A DNA stretch of 64,000 nt from positions 2,255 to 66,254 of the forward strand of contig JBBIRD010000001.1 in the NCBI GenBank assembly GCA_037441965.1, written 5' to 3'. The position numbers and the translations under genes were made by a program. The notes under the pieces were generated by a model. That model was not told where the DNA came from. It saw only the letters and a program-made list of their open reading frames with translations, and did not search any database. Origin of the DNA: Candidatus Moraniibacteriota bacterium (GTDB lineage: Bacteria > Patescibacteriota > Minisyncoccia > Moranbacterales > UBA1568). Shown here in pieces: positions 39,479 to 52,638 of the stretch (its first letter is position 1; every line of letters begins with the position of its first letter).

Positions 39479-42016
39479 ATGGAACCAGAAAAAACATCGC
39501 TGAGACATTTTGCAGAGACGAAAAATTATTCGATGATGAATAATCGCCCAACATTTGTAAATAACAAATCAGAAGAACCATCAGTTGATCGACAGAATAA
39601 ATATCCGAAGACTGCAGATATATTAGATGGTATTATATCCGTTGCACTGATTGGTTTATTTTTTGGTCTCCCGCTTTTTTTTACTGGACTGACGTTTCAA
39701 GGTATTGCTTTTGAAAAGCAGATGTATTTTTATTTTTGGTTGCTCCTTGGGTTAGTTGCATGGTCATCGAAAGGAGTGATATTAGGAGAATTGAAGATCA
39801 GACGAACTCCTATCGATATCCCCATTCTTGTTTTTTGGGTCTTTTATGGAGTCGCTTCTTTTTTTTCGATAGATCGTTGGCATAGCTTCTTTGGATTTTT
39901 TGGAGATCCATCGCACGGTTTTATCTCAATAACCGCACTCATTCTTACTTTCTATTTCATCTTAAGTCATTTCACAATGAAACGCTTTCAGATGATGTTC
40001 TGGTCACTCGTTGTTTCTGGTTTTCTTGTTCTTTTCTGGAGTCTTTTTGCTTTGATGCAAATTCATTTTTTGCCAGCATCTTTTGAAAAGTATGCTCCTG
40101 TTAGTCTTCTTGGCACTTTATCGAACTTAGGAGTATTTCTTTCTCTTCTTCTCCCTCTTTTCATAACAGCACTTTTTTCCTTGTGGCAAGATTTTTCATT
40201 GAGAAAAACATATAGAAAAGTAGGAACAATCGCACTTCTTCTTGCACTTCTTTTGACGCTCTTTTTGATCCTCGCGCTGAACGCGTTTGCTTCTTGGATC
40301 GTGCTTCTTGGTGGATTTGGCTTCTTTTTAGTGTATATTTTAGCACAAATTGTTCGTCCAAATGAAAAATTTGTTTTTGTTCCGATGGTTACTTTTGTAT
40401 TGTTACTTGGGTTTTTGATGATAGCAAATTATCAATTAGGTTTAATAAAAATTGCACTTCCTCTCGAAGCTACTCCAGGCACCACTCTTTCGTGGAAAAT
40501 TACCAAAGAAAGTTTGAAAGAAAATTTCTTTATGGGTGCGGGGACGGCAAATTATAGTTATGTATTTTCACTTTTTTATCCAAAAGAATATAATCTGACT
40601 CCTTTGTATACAGTGCGTTTTTATCAAGGCACCGGTCTCTTTTTTGAGGCATTGGCAACTATCGGCGTGATTGGTACTATACTTTTTCTTCTCCTCTGGT
40701 TTTCGTTTTTCTCAATCGGTGTGTATCTTCTTTCGTATGAGAAACAGAAGAATAAATTGTATTCATTGGGGTTATGGTCTATGGTAGCGATGCTTTTTCT
40801 TGCGAGCTTCACCCTTGCTATAAACGGAGCTCTTCTCATCTTAGGTGTTCTTATTGCCACATTGGCTTTTGGTGTGGTGTTCTGTGAAAGTCATTCTGAG
40901 GAAAAATACATTCAATTATCACTCAAGGCGAGTCCAAAATTTGCTCTGACACTCGCATTTACTTTTATGGTAGTATCCGCTGGGGTTGCGTATCTCTTTG
41001 TGTTTATAGGAAAGGTATTTGTAGCAGATATCTCTATGGCAGAAGCTGTTCGTATTTCTGCAGAAAAGCCGGATACAGAATCTTTGTCAAGATTTGCTCG
41101 AGCGATTAGTTTGTATCCAGAAGAAGGGCGTTATTATATGCGATTAGCTCAAGAGTATGTGACACTCGCTAATAAAGAGGCGAGTAAACCTGAAAATGAA
41201 CGAAATATGGATGTAATGAAGAACTATGCAGAACAAGCTATTTTCGTAGGGGAAACAGGAAGAAGAAAAATGCCGAATGATATAGCACAAATAGAATCTT
41301 TGGGAATGATTTATGAAAATCTTGGTTTGTATGATAGTACGGTGCTACTGAAAGCCATAGACATCTATAAGCGAGCGCAAGAACTTGAGCCACAAGGTCC
41401 TCTCTATACAGTAAAATTAGGTCAAATAAAGAAATTGTTAGCCGATGCAAAAGCCGAAGGTGCAGAGAAAGAGAGTTTATATAATGAATCAAAAGATTTG
41501 TTTCAACAAGCAATTGATCAGAAGGTAGATTTTGCTGTTGCATATTATGATCTCGCCATTATTCTTTCTCGACTGAAAGATATAGATGGTGCGATAACAA
41601 ATGCAGAACAAGCAGTAGCTTTTGAAAAAACAAACTTGAATTATGGGTACAATCTCGGTGTTTTGTATCAAATTCGTAATAAAGATGATGATAAGAAACG
41701 GGCAGAAAAAATGTTTAAAGATATTTTGTCTGTCAATGAGAAATTGATTGATGTTCGATTGAGCCTTGGTTTATTGTATGAAGATATGAACAAGAAAGAT
41801 TTTGCTATCACAGAATATAATAAGATTTTAGATTATTTACCAAAAGAAAAGAACGAAAAGATTACACAGACAAAAGATCAGATAGAACAGATGATTACGA
41901 ATGTGAGAAACGGAAAAGGGAATATAAATGCAAATGGCGAGAAAGCACCAGAAAGCGTATCAGAGAATATACCTTATACCTCTCCGATTGGCGCTCCAGC
42001 GCCTGTCGGACAATAG
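39479..42016 (+). CDS. Polytopic membrane protein (O-antigen-ligase/Wzy-like?) with C-terminal TPR repeats
   Basis: About 12 TM helices span the first 500 aa, followed by TPR-like repeats (AYYDLAIILSRL...). I cannot confirm the family assignment. Confidence 0.45.
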   Translation: MEPEKTSLRHFAETKNYSMMNNRPTFVNNKSEEPSVDRQNKYPKTADILDGIISVALIGLFFGLPLFFTGLTFQGIAFEKQMYFYFWLLLGLVAWSSKGVILGELKIRRTPIDIPILVFWVFYGVASFFSIDRWHSFFGFFGDPSHGFISITALILTFYFILSHFTMKRFQMMFWSLVVSGFLVLFWSLFALMQIHFLPASFEKYAPVSLLGTLSNLGVFLSLLLPLFITALFSLWQDFSLRKTYRKVGTIALLLALLLTLFLILALNAFASWIVLLGGFGFFLVYILAQIVRPNEKFVFVPMVTFVLLLGFLMIANYQLGLIKIALPLEATPGTTLSWKITKESLKENFFMGAGTANYSYVFSLFYPKEYNLTPLYTVRFYQGTGLFFEALATIGVIGTILFLLLWFSFFSIGVYLLSYEKQKNKLYSLGLWSMVAMLFLASFTLAINGALLILGVLIATLAFGVVFCESHSEEKYIQLSLKASPKFALTLAFTFMVVSAGVAYLFVFIGKVFVADISMAEAVRISAEKPDTESLSRFARAISLYPEEGRYYMRLAQEYVTLANKEASKPENERNMDVMKNYAEQAIFVGETGRRKMPNDIAQIESLGMIYENLGLYDSTVLLKAIDIYKRAQELEPQGPLYTVKLGQIKKLLADAKAEGAEKESLYNESKDLFQQAIDQKVDFAVAYYDLAIILSRLKDIDGAITNAEQAVAFEKTNLNYGYNLGVLYQIRNKDDDKKRAEKMFKDILSVNEKLIDVRLSLGLLYEDMNKKDFAITEYNKILDYLPKEKNEKITQTKDQIEQMITNVRNGKGNINANGEKAPESVSENIPYTSPIGAPAPVGQ

Positions 42017-42215
42017 AGAGTGTCATTCTCCAATAAGGATCATTTTTTTGTGATGATAATAGACTGCGGACACAGATTGATTCATACAATAAAAAACGAA
42101 GAAAAAGAAAGATTTTTTATATCTATTTTTCCTTTTAAATAAGCATAAAAAACAGATAAGAAGGATTTTTATAACAGGAAAAAAAATCATAGAAGAAGAG
42201 TCATTATATTGGGAC

Positions 42216-42244
42216 TTGACAGGTTCGAAACTACTCTGTAATAT
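42216..42244 (+). promoter_or_regulatory. Consensus rRNA promoter (TTGACA-17-TAATAT) about 380 nt upstream of the 23S rRNA
   Basis: The -35 TTGACA is at 42216-42221, followed by a 17-nt spacer and the -10 at 42239-42244. Confidence 0.6.
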
Positions 42245-42624
42245 AGAGAGTACGAATTGAGAAAGTGCTTTGCAGTACTTTTTTCTTTTCTCAAGAATAT
42301 TCTGTTGATTTTCCTGTCAAGTTATTTGTCAAACAGTTCTGAAGAAATATGTGTTTCTCTTTGTAATGAAGAGGTTCTACAAAGAGCAATATGTATTTCC
42401 GCAGAAGTGCCTTAACAACTTATGTCTTTTTCAAAAGAATCGAAGATTATATGGTAGCGGAAAGTGATCAGATTTTTTTGAGATAGTCTAAATAGAAAAG
42501 GTCAAGCAAATCATAACGAGAAAAAACAGTGCGTCGAATGAGCAAACATTCTTCACTGTTAACCGATTGTCCGTGAGCGTCTTTAGTTTCGATTAGAGCG
42601 TTTGCGGACAAGAGAAAAAAAGAA

Positions 42625-45550
<2,926 letters not shown>

Positions 45551-45675
45551 TCTTTTTTTCTAACCTTGTTTTCTTTTCGCAAGAAAAGAATCGAAGTTAC
45601 GGTTAGCAGTGAAGAGTGCTTGTTAAAAGGGGAATCTTATTCTATTATAGATAGACAAATTTGGAGGGGAATGTT

Positions 45676-45787
45676 TCCGGTGCTTCTAGCGTTGTGGACA
45701 CACCTGATCCCATACCGAACTCAGCAGTTAAGCACTTCAGCACCGATGGTAGCCTTTAGTGGCAAGAGTAGGACAGTGCCGGGAACA
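45676..45787 (+). rRNA. rrf: 5S ribosomal RNA
   Basis: CCTGATCCCATACCGAACTCAGCAGTTAAGC...GATGGTAGC is characteristic of 5S rRNA, and it lies about 125 nt after the 23S. Confidence 0.88.
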
Positions 45788-45825
45788 TTCTTCTTCAAAT
45801 TCAAATATTTTTTCATATACAGTCT

Positions 45826-45860
45826 GAACAAGACTGTATTTTTGTTGTTATGTTTTTCAA
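45826..45860 (+). terminator. Rho-independent terminator after the 5S rRNA
   Basis: The ACAGTCTGAACAAGACTGT hairpin is followed by ATTTTTGTTG. Confidence 0.55.
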
Positions 45861-45930
45861 ATAAAAGTATGCTATAATAAAAAAACAGATGAATAAGGAT
45901 ATTTATAGGGTGTGTTGATTTTTTTATATT

Positions 45931-46764
45931 ATGTTAAGAAAAACGAAACAATTTTTTATCAGTTTTATTATTTTTTTACTAGCCGTATTACTTGGCATTA
46001 TAGTGTATTATGGTTTTGTTAAGGAAAAAGAAACTTGTTTTGACAAGAAACAAAACCAGAATGAAAAAGGCATAGATTGTGGCGGTGTATGTTCTCTTGC
46101 TTGTCCAGAAATTGTGACTGGTGAAGATCTTCAGATAAAAGAATCGCGTTTTATTGTCAGTGGAAAAAATACATACGATATTCTTGCAAAAGTCTTTAAT
46201 CCAAATGGTGAGATAGGGGCAGTTTCTTTTTCATATACAGCTGTTCTTGAAGGCGCAGAGAAACAAGTGCTTGCATCTCGTGTCGGTATGGGTTATATTC
46301 TTCCATTTGAAAATAAATATATTCTTGAGTTTAATCTTGAATCAAATACTGTCCCTGCGAATGTTTCAATACATATCGATAATATAGAATGGGAGCGTTT
46401 CTCTCATTATCAAGAAAGACCAGCTGTAAATGTTTACCAAAAGAATTACAATATACTCCAATCGAGTGCTATTTTTAGTGAGGCAACTGGTCTTGTATCA
46501 AATGAAAGTCCATACGATTTTCGTTCTGTTATTGTTCAAGTTATTCTTCGTGATAAAGATGATATCCCTCTTGCTATAAACTCAACAGTGATGAACACTT
46601 TGCGTGCAAATGAAAATAGAGATTTTAGACTGACTTGGCCAACATTTTTCCCTGGCACAGTGGAAGACATCGAAACGGTTATTGATGCAGATGTGTATCA
46701 TTCGGATAATTTTATCAATCAGTATACCAACGAAAAAACAAAATTTTCCACACCTCTCAGGTAA
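45931..46764 (+). CDS. Hypothetical membrane-anchored protein
   Basis: It has an N-terminal TM helix and a Cys cluster (CFDKK...CGGVCSLAC). I recognise no catalytic motifs. Confidence 0.5.
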   Translation: MLRKTKQFFISFIIFLLAVLLGIIVYYGFVKEKETCFDKKQNQNEKGIDCGGVCSLACPEIVTGEDLQIKESRFIVSGKNTYDILAKVFNPNGEIGAVSFSYTAVLEGAEKQVLASRVGMGYILPFENKYILEFNLESNTVPANVSIHIDNIEWERFSHYQERPAVNVYQKNYNILQSSAIFSEATGLVSNESPYDFRSVIVQVILRDKDDIPLAINSTVMNTLRANENRDFRLTWPTFFPGTVEDIETVIDADVYHSDNFINQYTNEKTKFSTPLR

Positions 46765-46811
46765 ATAATTTTTTTTCTACGAATATTTTTTGTCTTTTTT
46801 AATGTTTTTTT

Positions 46812-47930
46812 GTGTTTCGAATATTTTTTAAAATAGATTTTATATTGATTTTGGCTATTGCCTTGCTTTTAGGAGTGAGTTTGTCGACACTCTATAGTCT
46901 CTCGAGTATTTCTGGTGTTGATTATTTTTTTAAGCAATGCATCTTTGTGATATTTGGTATCGTAGTGATGTTTTTTGTGGCAATACTGGATTATAGGCAT
47001 ATGAAGAAATATAGCACCCCACTTTATTTTTTGATGCTTTTTGTTCTATTTTCCGTACTTTTTTTAGGAAGAACTGTCAATGGAACAGCAGGATGGATAT
47101 CATTTGGTTTTTTTCAGGTTCAACCAGTAGAGATTTCTAAAGTAATACTCATTGTTTTTTTAGCAAGTTTTATCGCTCAAAAGAAATCAGAGTTAGGGGA
47201 ATGGGCAAGAATTATCGCTTCATTTATTTTGTCAATTATTCTCATATTTCTTGTATTGAAACAGCCAGATCTTGGATCAAGTCTTGTATTGGGTGCTATA
47301 TGGATGAGTATGATTCTTGCTTCAGGATTACATTTCAAGCATTTCTTTGTTCTCTTTCTGTTAGGAACGATGCTTATTCTTGGGAGTTGGTCTGTTTTGG
47401 CAGATTATCAGAAAGATCGTATTGATACATTTCTTCATCCAGAACTTGATCCTCGTGGGAGTGGCTACAATGTTCTTCAAGCCATTGTTGCTGTTGGATC
47501 AGGAGGGATAACAGGTAAAGGTATTGGAAATGGTTCACAATCTCAGTTAAATTTCTTGCCCGAGAAACACACGGACTTTATATTTGCTGTTATTTCTGAG
47601 GAATTAGGGCTTGTTGGTGGATTTTTTGTTGTTATGGTATACGGAGTAACTTTATATCGCATTAAACGTATTGGTGAATTGGCGAGTGATAACTTTGGTT
47701 ATCTTGTCTCGGTTGGAGTTTTTACCATGTTTTTTACTCAAATTGTTATCAATATCGGTATGAATATCGGACTGATGCCGGTAACAGGTATCCCAGCACC
47801 GTTTTTGAGTTATGGAGGCAGTTCATTAGTGGCTACTTTTTTTGCTATAGGACTACTTCTGAATGTATACCAGAAAAAACAAGATGAACACGATCTTCAT
47901 ATTTCTCTTGAAAGAAGTTTTCTTGAATAA
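46812..47930 (+). CDS. SEDS-family peptidoglycan glycosyltransferase (RodA/FtsW)
   Basis: It contains GSGYNVLQAIVAVGSGGITGKGIGNGSQSQLNFLPEKHTDFIFA, characteristic of FtsW/RodA. Confidence 0.85.
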   Translation: MFRIFFKIDFILILAIALLLGVSLSTLYSLSSISGVDYFFKQCIFVIFGIVVMFFVAILDYRHMKKYSTPLYFLMLFVLFSVLFLGRTVNGTAGWISFGFFQVQPVEISKVILIVFLASFIAQKKSELGEWARIIASFILSIILIFLVLKQPDLGSSLVLGAIWMSMILASGLHFKHFFVLFLLGTMLILGSWSVLADYQKDRIDTFLHPELDPRGSGYNVLQAIVAVGSGGITGKGIGNGSQSQLNFLPEKHTDFIFAVISEELGLVGGFFVVMVYGVTLYRIKRIGELASDNFGYLVSVGVFTMFFTQIVINIGMNIGLMPVTGIPAPFLSYGGSSLVATFFAIGLLLNVYQKKQDEHDLHISLERSFLE

Positions 47931-47990
47931 TTTTTTTATACTCAAATGTTTTCATAGAGCCTTTTTTCATTATTTTTTCATATTTTACAA

Positions 47991-48019
47991 ATTGACGAGA
48001 TGTCGTTTCTTTGCTACAC
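47991..48019 (+). promoter_or_regulatory. Promoter (TTGACG-17-TACACT) upstream of secG
   Basis: The -35 is at 47991-47996 and the -10 at 48014-48019. Confidence 0.4.
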
Positions 48020-48106
48020 TAGAAAAGCTTAACAGAGCATTATTTTTTCTCTTTTTGATATCGTTTCATAAGGAAAAATAATTTTTTATTTTTTGATCGA
48101 CATATT

Positions 48107-48331
48107 ATGAGGGTATTCCTTATTGCTCAGGCCATTGTTGCTCTTTTATTGATTGTTTCTATTCTTCTTCAAAATCGTGGCTCTGGTTTGGGAGGAACTT
48201 TTGGTGGTGATTTTGGTGGATATTACACAAAAAGAGGAATGGAGAAGTTTCTGTTGTATGCGACTATTTTTTTTGCGGTTATTTTCTTTGTGCTTTCCAT
48301 AGTCAATGTATGGAAGCCTCTTAACTCCTAA
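48107..48331 (+). CDS. secG: Preprotein translocase subunit SecG
   Basis: It is 74 aa with two TM helices and the Gly-rich loop NRGSGLGGTFGG. Confidence 0.8.
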   Translation: MRVFLIAQAIVALLLIVSILLQNRGSGLGGTFGGDFGGYYTKRGMEKFLLYATIFFAVIFFVLSIVNVWKPLNS

Positions 48332-48376
48332 TATACGCGTATTCGTATTCTAGAATCCATTGCTATCCTGAGAAAA

Positions 48377-50050
48377 ATGAATCCGATCCATATTTTTCAG
48401 GTTCTGAAAATAAGAGACAAAATTATTGTTTCCTTTTTTTTAGCTATTCTATTTATAGCAACAGTTTTTTGGATAGGTGCTTTTTATGTTGTTTCTACCG
48501 TCCCTGTTCCAAAATCTGGCGGTGAGTATACTGAAGGTATTGTTGGTCAGCCGAGATATATTAATCCTATTCTTTCTCAAACCAGTGAAGCAGATGCTGA
48601 TCTTGTTGAGCTTGTTTATAGCGGATTATTTGATTATGATAACGAAGGTCATTTAGTAAAACGTCTTGCAAGTGATTATTCTCTTTCTGAAGATCACAAA
48701 GTGTATACGGTCACTTTGAAACAGGGGGTGCTATTTCACGATGGAGAAGAACTCACTGCTGATGATGTTGTGTATACCATTCAGTCAATTCAGAACCCTG
48801 CTTACAAAAGTCCGTTACGAGCATCATGGCAATCTGTAACAGTAGAAGCAATAGATACATACACTGTTTCTTTTTCTTTACAAAAACCATATTTTGAATT
48901 CTTGGATAATTTGACGGTAGGTATTCTTCCGAAACATATTTGGCAAAATGTTGCTCCTGAAAACTTCTTTTTGGCTGATTATAACCTCTCGCCTATCGGT
49001 AGTGGACCATATAGTTTTTTTGATATGGACAAAGATTCGAGTGGAAACATTCTTTCTTATGAACTTCATCCTTGGAAAAATTATTTTGAAGGGTCAGCAT
49101 ATATATCAAAAATCATTTTCCGATTTTATGAAAATGAATCAAGTCTTGTTGATGCTTATAAAAGAAAAGAAGTTATTGCTATTCACTCGCTTACTCCGCA
49201 GAATGCAGAAAAATTGCAGGATCAGAAAAGTACGCGTGTCTATAGTCTTCACATCCCGCGTATTTTTGGAGTATTTTTTAATATAACAAAGAGTGTTCCG
49301 CTAGCACATAGTGAAGTCCGTCAAGCTCTACAATATGCAACAGAGAGAGAAGAACTGATTAACACCGTTCTTAATGGTAAAGGACAGCCGGTCTTTTTTG
49401 GGCTGACTTCATTTATGACGGGGTATAGAAATCCTGATGAAGCGACTATCTTTAATATTGAAAAGGCAAATGCTTTACTTGATGAAAATGGTTGGGTGCG
49501 CGGTGAAGATGGTATTCGATCAAAACAAGGAACAGTACTTGAGATAAGCCTTTCTGTTCCTTTTGAATGGATGGGTCTTTTGGAAACCGCAGAACTTTTG
49601 AAAGAACAATGGGAGAAGATAGGTGTGCGAGTGAATATACAAAAAGTATCCTCTGCTGATTTGCAACAGAGTGTGACACGCCCGCGTGAATATGAGGCTG
49701 TGTTGATTGGCGTGGCATCGATGATAAATGCTGATTTGTACTCTTTTTGGCATTCGAGTCAGAAGCGTGATCCAGGACTTAATCTTGCTCTTTTTGATAA
49801 TAAAGAAATGGATGATATGCTTGTATCTCTTCGAGAAGAGTTTGATACAGAGAAACAACAAGAAAAATATCAGTCTTTCCAAGAGATTTTACAGAAAGAA
49901 AATCCGGCACTTTTTCTCTATACAGCTGATTATTTGTATGTTGCTAACAATACTGTACAAGGAATACATATTCAAAATGTCAATAAAACAGCTTCTCATT
50001 TGAATATGATAAAAGAATGGTATATGAACACCAAGCGTGTCAAGAAATAG
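48377..50050 (+). CDS. Family-5 extracellular solute-binding protein (OppA/DppA/NikA-like), membrane-anchored, orphan
   Basis: An N-terminal TM helix precedes the SBP_bac_5-like segment YTEGIVGQPRYINPILSQTSEADADLVELVYSGLF. No permease or ATPase gene lies nearby. Confidence 0.65.
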   Translation: MNPIHIFQVLKIRDKIIVSFFLAILFIATVFWIGAFYVVSTVPVPKSGGEYTEGIVGQPRYINPILSQTSEADADLVELVYSGLFDYDNEGHLVKRLASDYSLSEDHKVYTVTLKQGVLFHDGEELTADDVVYTIQSIQNPAYKSPLRASWQSVTVEAIDTYTVSFSLQKPYFEFLDNLTVGILPKHIWQNVAPENFFLADYNLSPIGSGPYSFFDMDKDSSGNILSYELHPWKNYFEGSAYISKIIFRFYENESSLVDAYKRKEVIAIHSLTPQNAEKLQDQKSTRVYSLHIPRIFGVFFNITKSVPLAHSEVRQALQYATEREELINTVLNGKGQPVFFGLTSFMTGYRNPDEATIFNIEKANALLDENGWVRGEDGIRSKQGTVLEISLSVPFEWMGLLETAELLKEQWEKIGVRVNIQKVSSADLQQSVTRPREYEAVLIGVASMINADLYSFWHSSQKRDPGLNLALFDNKEMDDMLVSLREEFDTEKQQEKYQSFQEILQKENPALFLYTADYLYVANNTVQGIHIQNVNKTASHLNMIKEWYMNTKRVKK

Positions 50051-50135
50051 TTTTTGATGTATGATGAGAAAAGATGATTGTGCACAGAAGATGCACCTTT
50101 TATAAAAAATAATACATAATAAACACAATAAGAAT

Positions 50136-51173
50136 ATGCTTCATCCACTTGATACATTCAATTTTCGTCAGATGATTATTGACAGCCCTCTTCAGTTTCA
50201 AGCAGGATTCGACCTTGCAAAAGATGTCCATATTCCAGGGACATTTACATCGATTATGATCTCAGGAATGGGAGGATCAGCACTGCCTGCTGATATTTTT
50301 CGCACATACTTGAATGATGAATTTTTACGATCGAAAAAAGATCCAAGCCAAGAATCACCTCTTGCTGTGTATCAAAATCGTTCATATACTCTGCCGAAAG
50401 AAGCTTTTAAGAATTGTCTCAATTTTATTTGTTCATATTCAGGAAACACTGAAGAAACCATAGCTTCTTTTGAGGAAGCTCTTGCAAATCATCTGCCGTG
50501 TATTGGTCTTTCGAGTGGGGGAAAGATTGAAGAGATGTGTAAAGAAAATAATGTTCCGCATATCAAACTTCCAATTCCATTTTCTGGTTTTCAACCTCGT
50601 GTTGGTACAGGATATTTTTTTAGTGCTATGCTCCAAGTATTGATCAATCAGGGCTTAGTGCGTGATACTACCGAAGAAATCCTTTTGGAAGGAGAAGTAA
50701 TGAAAGAACAAATAGCTTCTATTGAAGAAAAAGGAAAACAGCTCTCTCTCAAAGTATCCGGGAAAACACCCGTGATTTATTCAGTGCCAAATTATCAGTC
50801 TGTGGCTATGATTTGGAAAATTAAATTTAATGAGAATGCTAAAACACCAGCCTTTTTTAACGTTTTTCCAGAAATGAATCACAATGAGATGGTAGGATGG
50901 ACATTACCACAAGGAAAATTTTTCGTTTTTATGCTGAAGGATACTCTTTCACATCCACGAATTTTGAAACGCTTTGAAATTACCGCTGATCTTCTTCGTG
51001 AGAAAGGTGTAGAAGTTTTACTTCTCGATATGATAGGAGAAAGCGTTTTTCAGAAAATATTTTTAAGTATTCTCCTTGCAGATTTTACATCTTATTATCT
51101 TGCTCTCGAATATGGACAAAATCCTACTCCGGTAGATATGGTAGAATCTCTGAAGAAACTTTTGGTTGCATAA
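50136..51173 (+). CDS. Bifunctional phosphoglucose/phosphomannose isomerase (SIS-domain PGI/PMI family)
   Basis: It has two SIS-like halves and the segment MISGMGGSALPADIF. Confidence 0.6.
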   Translation: MLHPLDTFNFRQMIIDSPLQFQAGFDLAKDVHIPGTFTSIMISGMGGSALPADIFRTYLNDEFLRSKKDPSQESPLAVYQNRSYTLPKEAFKNCLNFICSYSGNTEETIASFEEALANHLPCIGLSSGGKIEEMCKENNVPHIKLPIPFSGFQPRVGTGYFFSAMLQVLINQGLVRDTTEEILLEGEVMKEQIASIEEKGKQLSLKVSGKTPVIYSVPNYQSVAMIWKIKFNENAKTPAFFNVFPEMNHNEMVGWTLPQGKFFVFMLKDTLSHPRILKRFEITADLLREKGVEVLLLDMIGESVFQKIFLSILLADFTSYYLALEYGQNPTPVDMVESLKKLLVA

Positions 51174-51192
51174 TTTGAAAAAATGAAATGCT

Positions 51193-52224
51193 ATGTATAG
51201 TGTTATTCTGTGCGGCGGATCTGGGACACGTCTTTGGCCAATGAGTCGAAAAAATCTTCCAAAACAATTTTTGAAATTATACGAGGACAAATCTCTTTTA
51301 CAGGGAACATTTGACCGTATCCATAAATTACTTCCATCCGATCATATTTTTTTCATTACGAATAAAGATAGCGTAGTGTATGTTTTGAATCAGATTCGAA
51401 AAATAGATAGGAAATTTTCTGAGAAGAATATCATCGTCGAACCGTTTGCTCGTAATACGGCTCCTGCTATGGCGCTTGCGATGAAGTATTTGAAAGAAAA
51501 AATAAAGATTGATCCATTAGAAAAAGTATTGTTCCTTCCATCTGACCATTATATCGGCAATGAGAAAGTATATCTTGATGTGATGCGTGTGATTGCTGAA
51601 ACGAAAGAAGATGTTATTGGTACTATTGGAATTGTTCCCACGAAACCAGAAACAGGATATGGTTATATTCGTCGTGGAAAGAGATCAACACAACACATAT
51701 TTCCTGTTCTTGAATTCAAAGAGAAACCAGATTTGAAAACAGCAAAGAAATATCTCGCATCAGGGAAATATCTGTGGAACTCTGGGATGTATTTTTTTTC
51801 TATGAAAACATTTTTTTCGGAATTTGAGATATATGCTCCTGAGATAGCGCATTTTTTTGATCTTCCATACGCGAAAGTACTTCAGAAATACAAGTCGATC
51901 CCATCAGTATCTATCGATTATGCGCTTTCGGAAAAATCGAAAAAGGTAGGTATGATTGTAGGGGATTTTGGTTGGAGTGATATTGGATCATTTGATAGTT
52001 TGGCAGATATTTTTGGAAATAATTCTGCAGTGAGGCATATTGATATCGATTCAAAAAATGTTTTTACATATAGTACGAAGAATAGACTCATTACAACTAT
52101 TGGCGTGGAAGATTTGATTATCGTAGAAACAGAAGGGAGTATTCTCGTTTGTAAAAGAGGTCGTGCCGAAGATGTCAAGAAAATTGTGGAAAAACTCAAA
52201 GAAAGTGAGCCGGGAGAATTATAG
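51193..52224 (+). CDS. manC: Mannose-1-phosphate guanylyltransferase
   Basis: MYSVILCGGSGTRLWPMSRKNLPKQF is the ManC/CpsB-type nucleotidyltransferase N-terminus. Confidence 0.8.
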   Translation: MYSVILCGGSGTRLWPMSRKNLPKQFLKLYEDKSLLQGTFDRIHKLLPSDHIFFITNKDSVVYVLNQIRKIDRKFSEKNIIVEPFARNTAPAMALAMKYLKEKIKIDPLEKVLFLPSDHYIGNEKVYLDVMRVIAETKEDVIGTIGIVPTKPETGYGYIRRGKRSTQHIFPVLEFKEKPDLKTAKKYLASGKYLWNSGMYFFSMKTFFSEFEIYAPEIAHFFDLPYAKVLQKYKSIPSVSIDYALSEKSKKVGMIVGDFGWSDIGSFDSLADIFGNNSAVRHIDIDSKNVFTYSTKNRLITTIGVEDLIIVETEGSILVCKRGRAEDVKKIVEKLKESEPGEL

Positions 52225-52233
52225 AGTGTATGT

Positions 52234-52262
52234 TTGACAAGAAGAATAATGTATGCTACAAT
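52234..52262 (+). promoter_or_regulatory. Promoter (TTGACA-17-TACAAT) upstream of tRNA-Leu(CAG) and rnj
   Basis: The -35 is at 52234-52239 and the -10 at 52257-52262. It overlaps the manC stop region. Confidence 0.45.
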
Positions 52263-52389
52263 GAAGAACTGAGAAATCTGAACATATATCAGATTCTATT
52301 TTTCTTCTCTGCTGTATAGAGCGATAGTATAGATCATTTTTTGCTTTTATAAAAGCATTTTTTCTTCTTTCAAAAGAGATAAAGAAAAA

Positions 52390-52473
52390 GAAAGAAAATG
52401 CCTTGGTGGCGGAATTGGTAGACGCACTAGCTTCAGGTGCTAGCGCTCGCAAGAGCATGGGAGTTCGAGTCTC
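52390..52473 (+). tRNA. tRNA-Leu(CAG), CCA not encoded
   Basis: The acceptor stem is GCCTTGG/CCTAAGGC, the anticodon loop is TTCAGGT, there is a long variable arm, and the T-arm is GAGTTCGAGTCTC. Confidence 0.8.
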
Positions 52474-52638
52474 CCCTAAGGCACAACGTAAACATAATAC
52501 TCTTCTTTATGAAGAGGATTCATCTTTCGTCATTTAATTCATTTTTCTTCGTGATTAAAAATGCACAAGAAAAAATAATCAGTATTTCAAATATTTTTTT
52601 CATCGTACAACTTTTGAGATAAAAGTGAGAAAGATATT

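Noticed and set aside
42017-42624. Possible 16S rRNA or spacer tRNAs upstream of the 23S.
   Set aside because: The 600-nt leader has a promoter and processing-stem sequence but no tRNA cloverleaf or 16S-like conserved blocks, so the rRNA operon is taken to be unlinked.
52437-52622. 61-aa plus-strand ORF.
   Set aside because: It overlaps tRNA-Leu(CAG).
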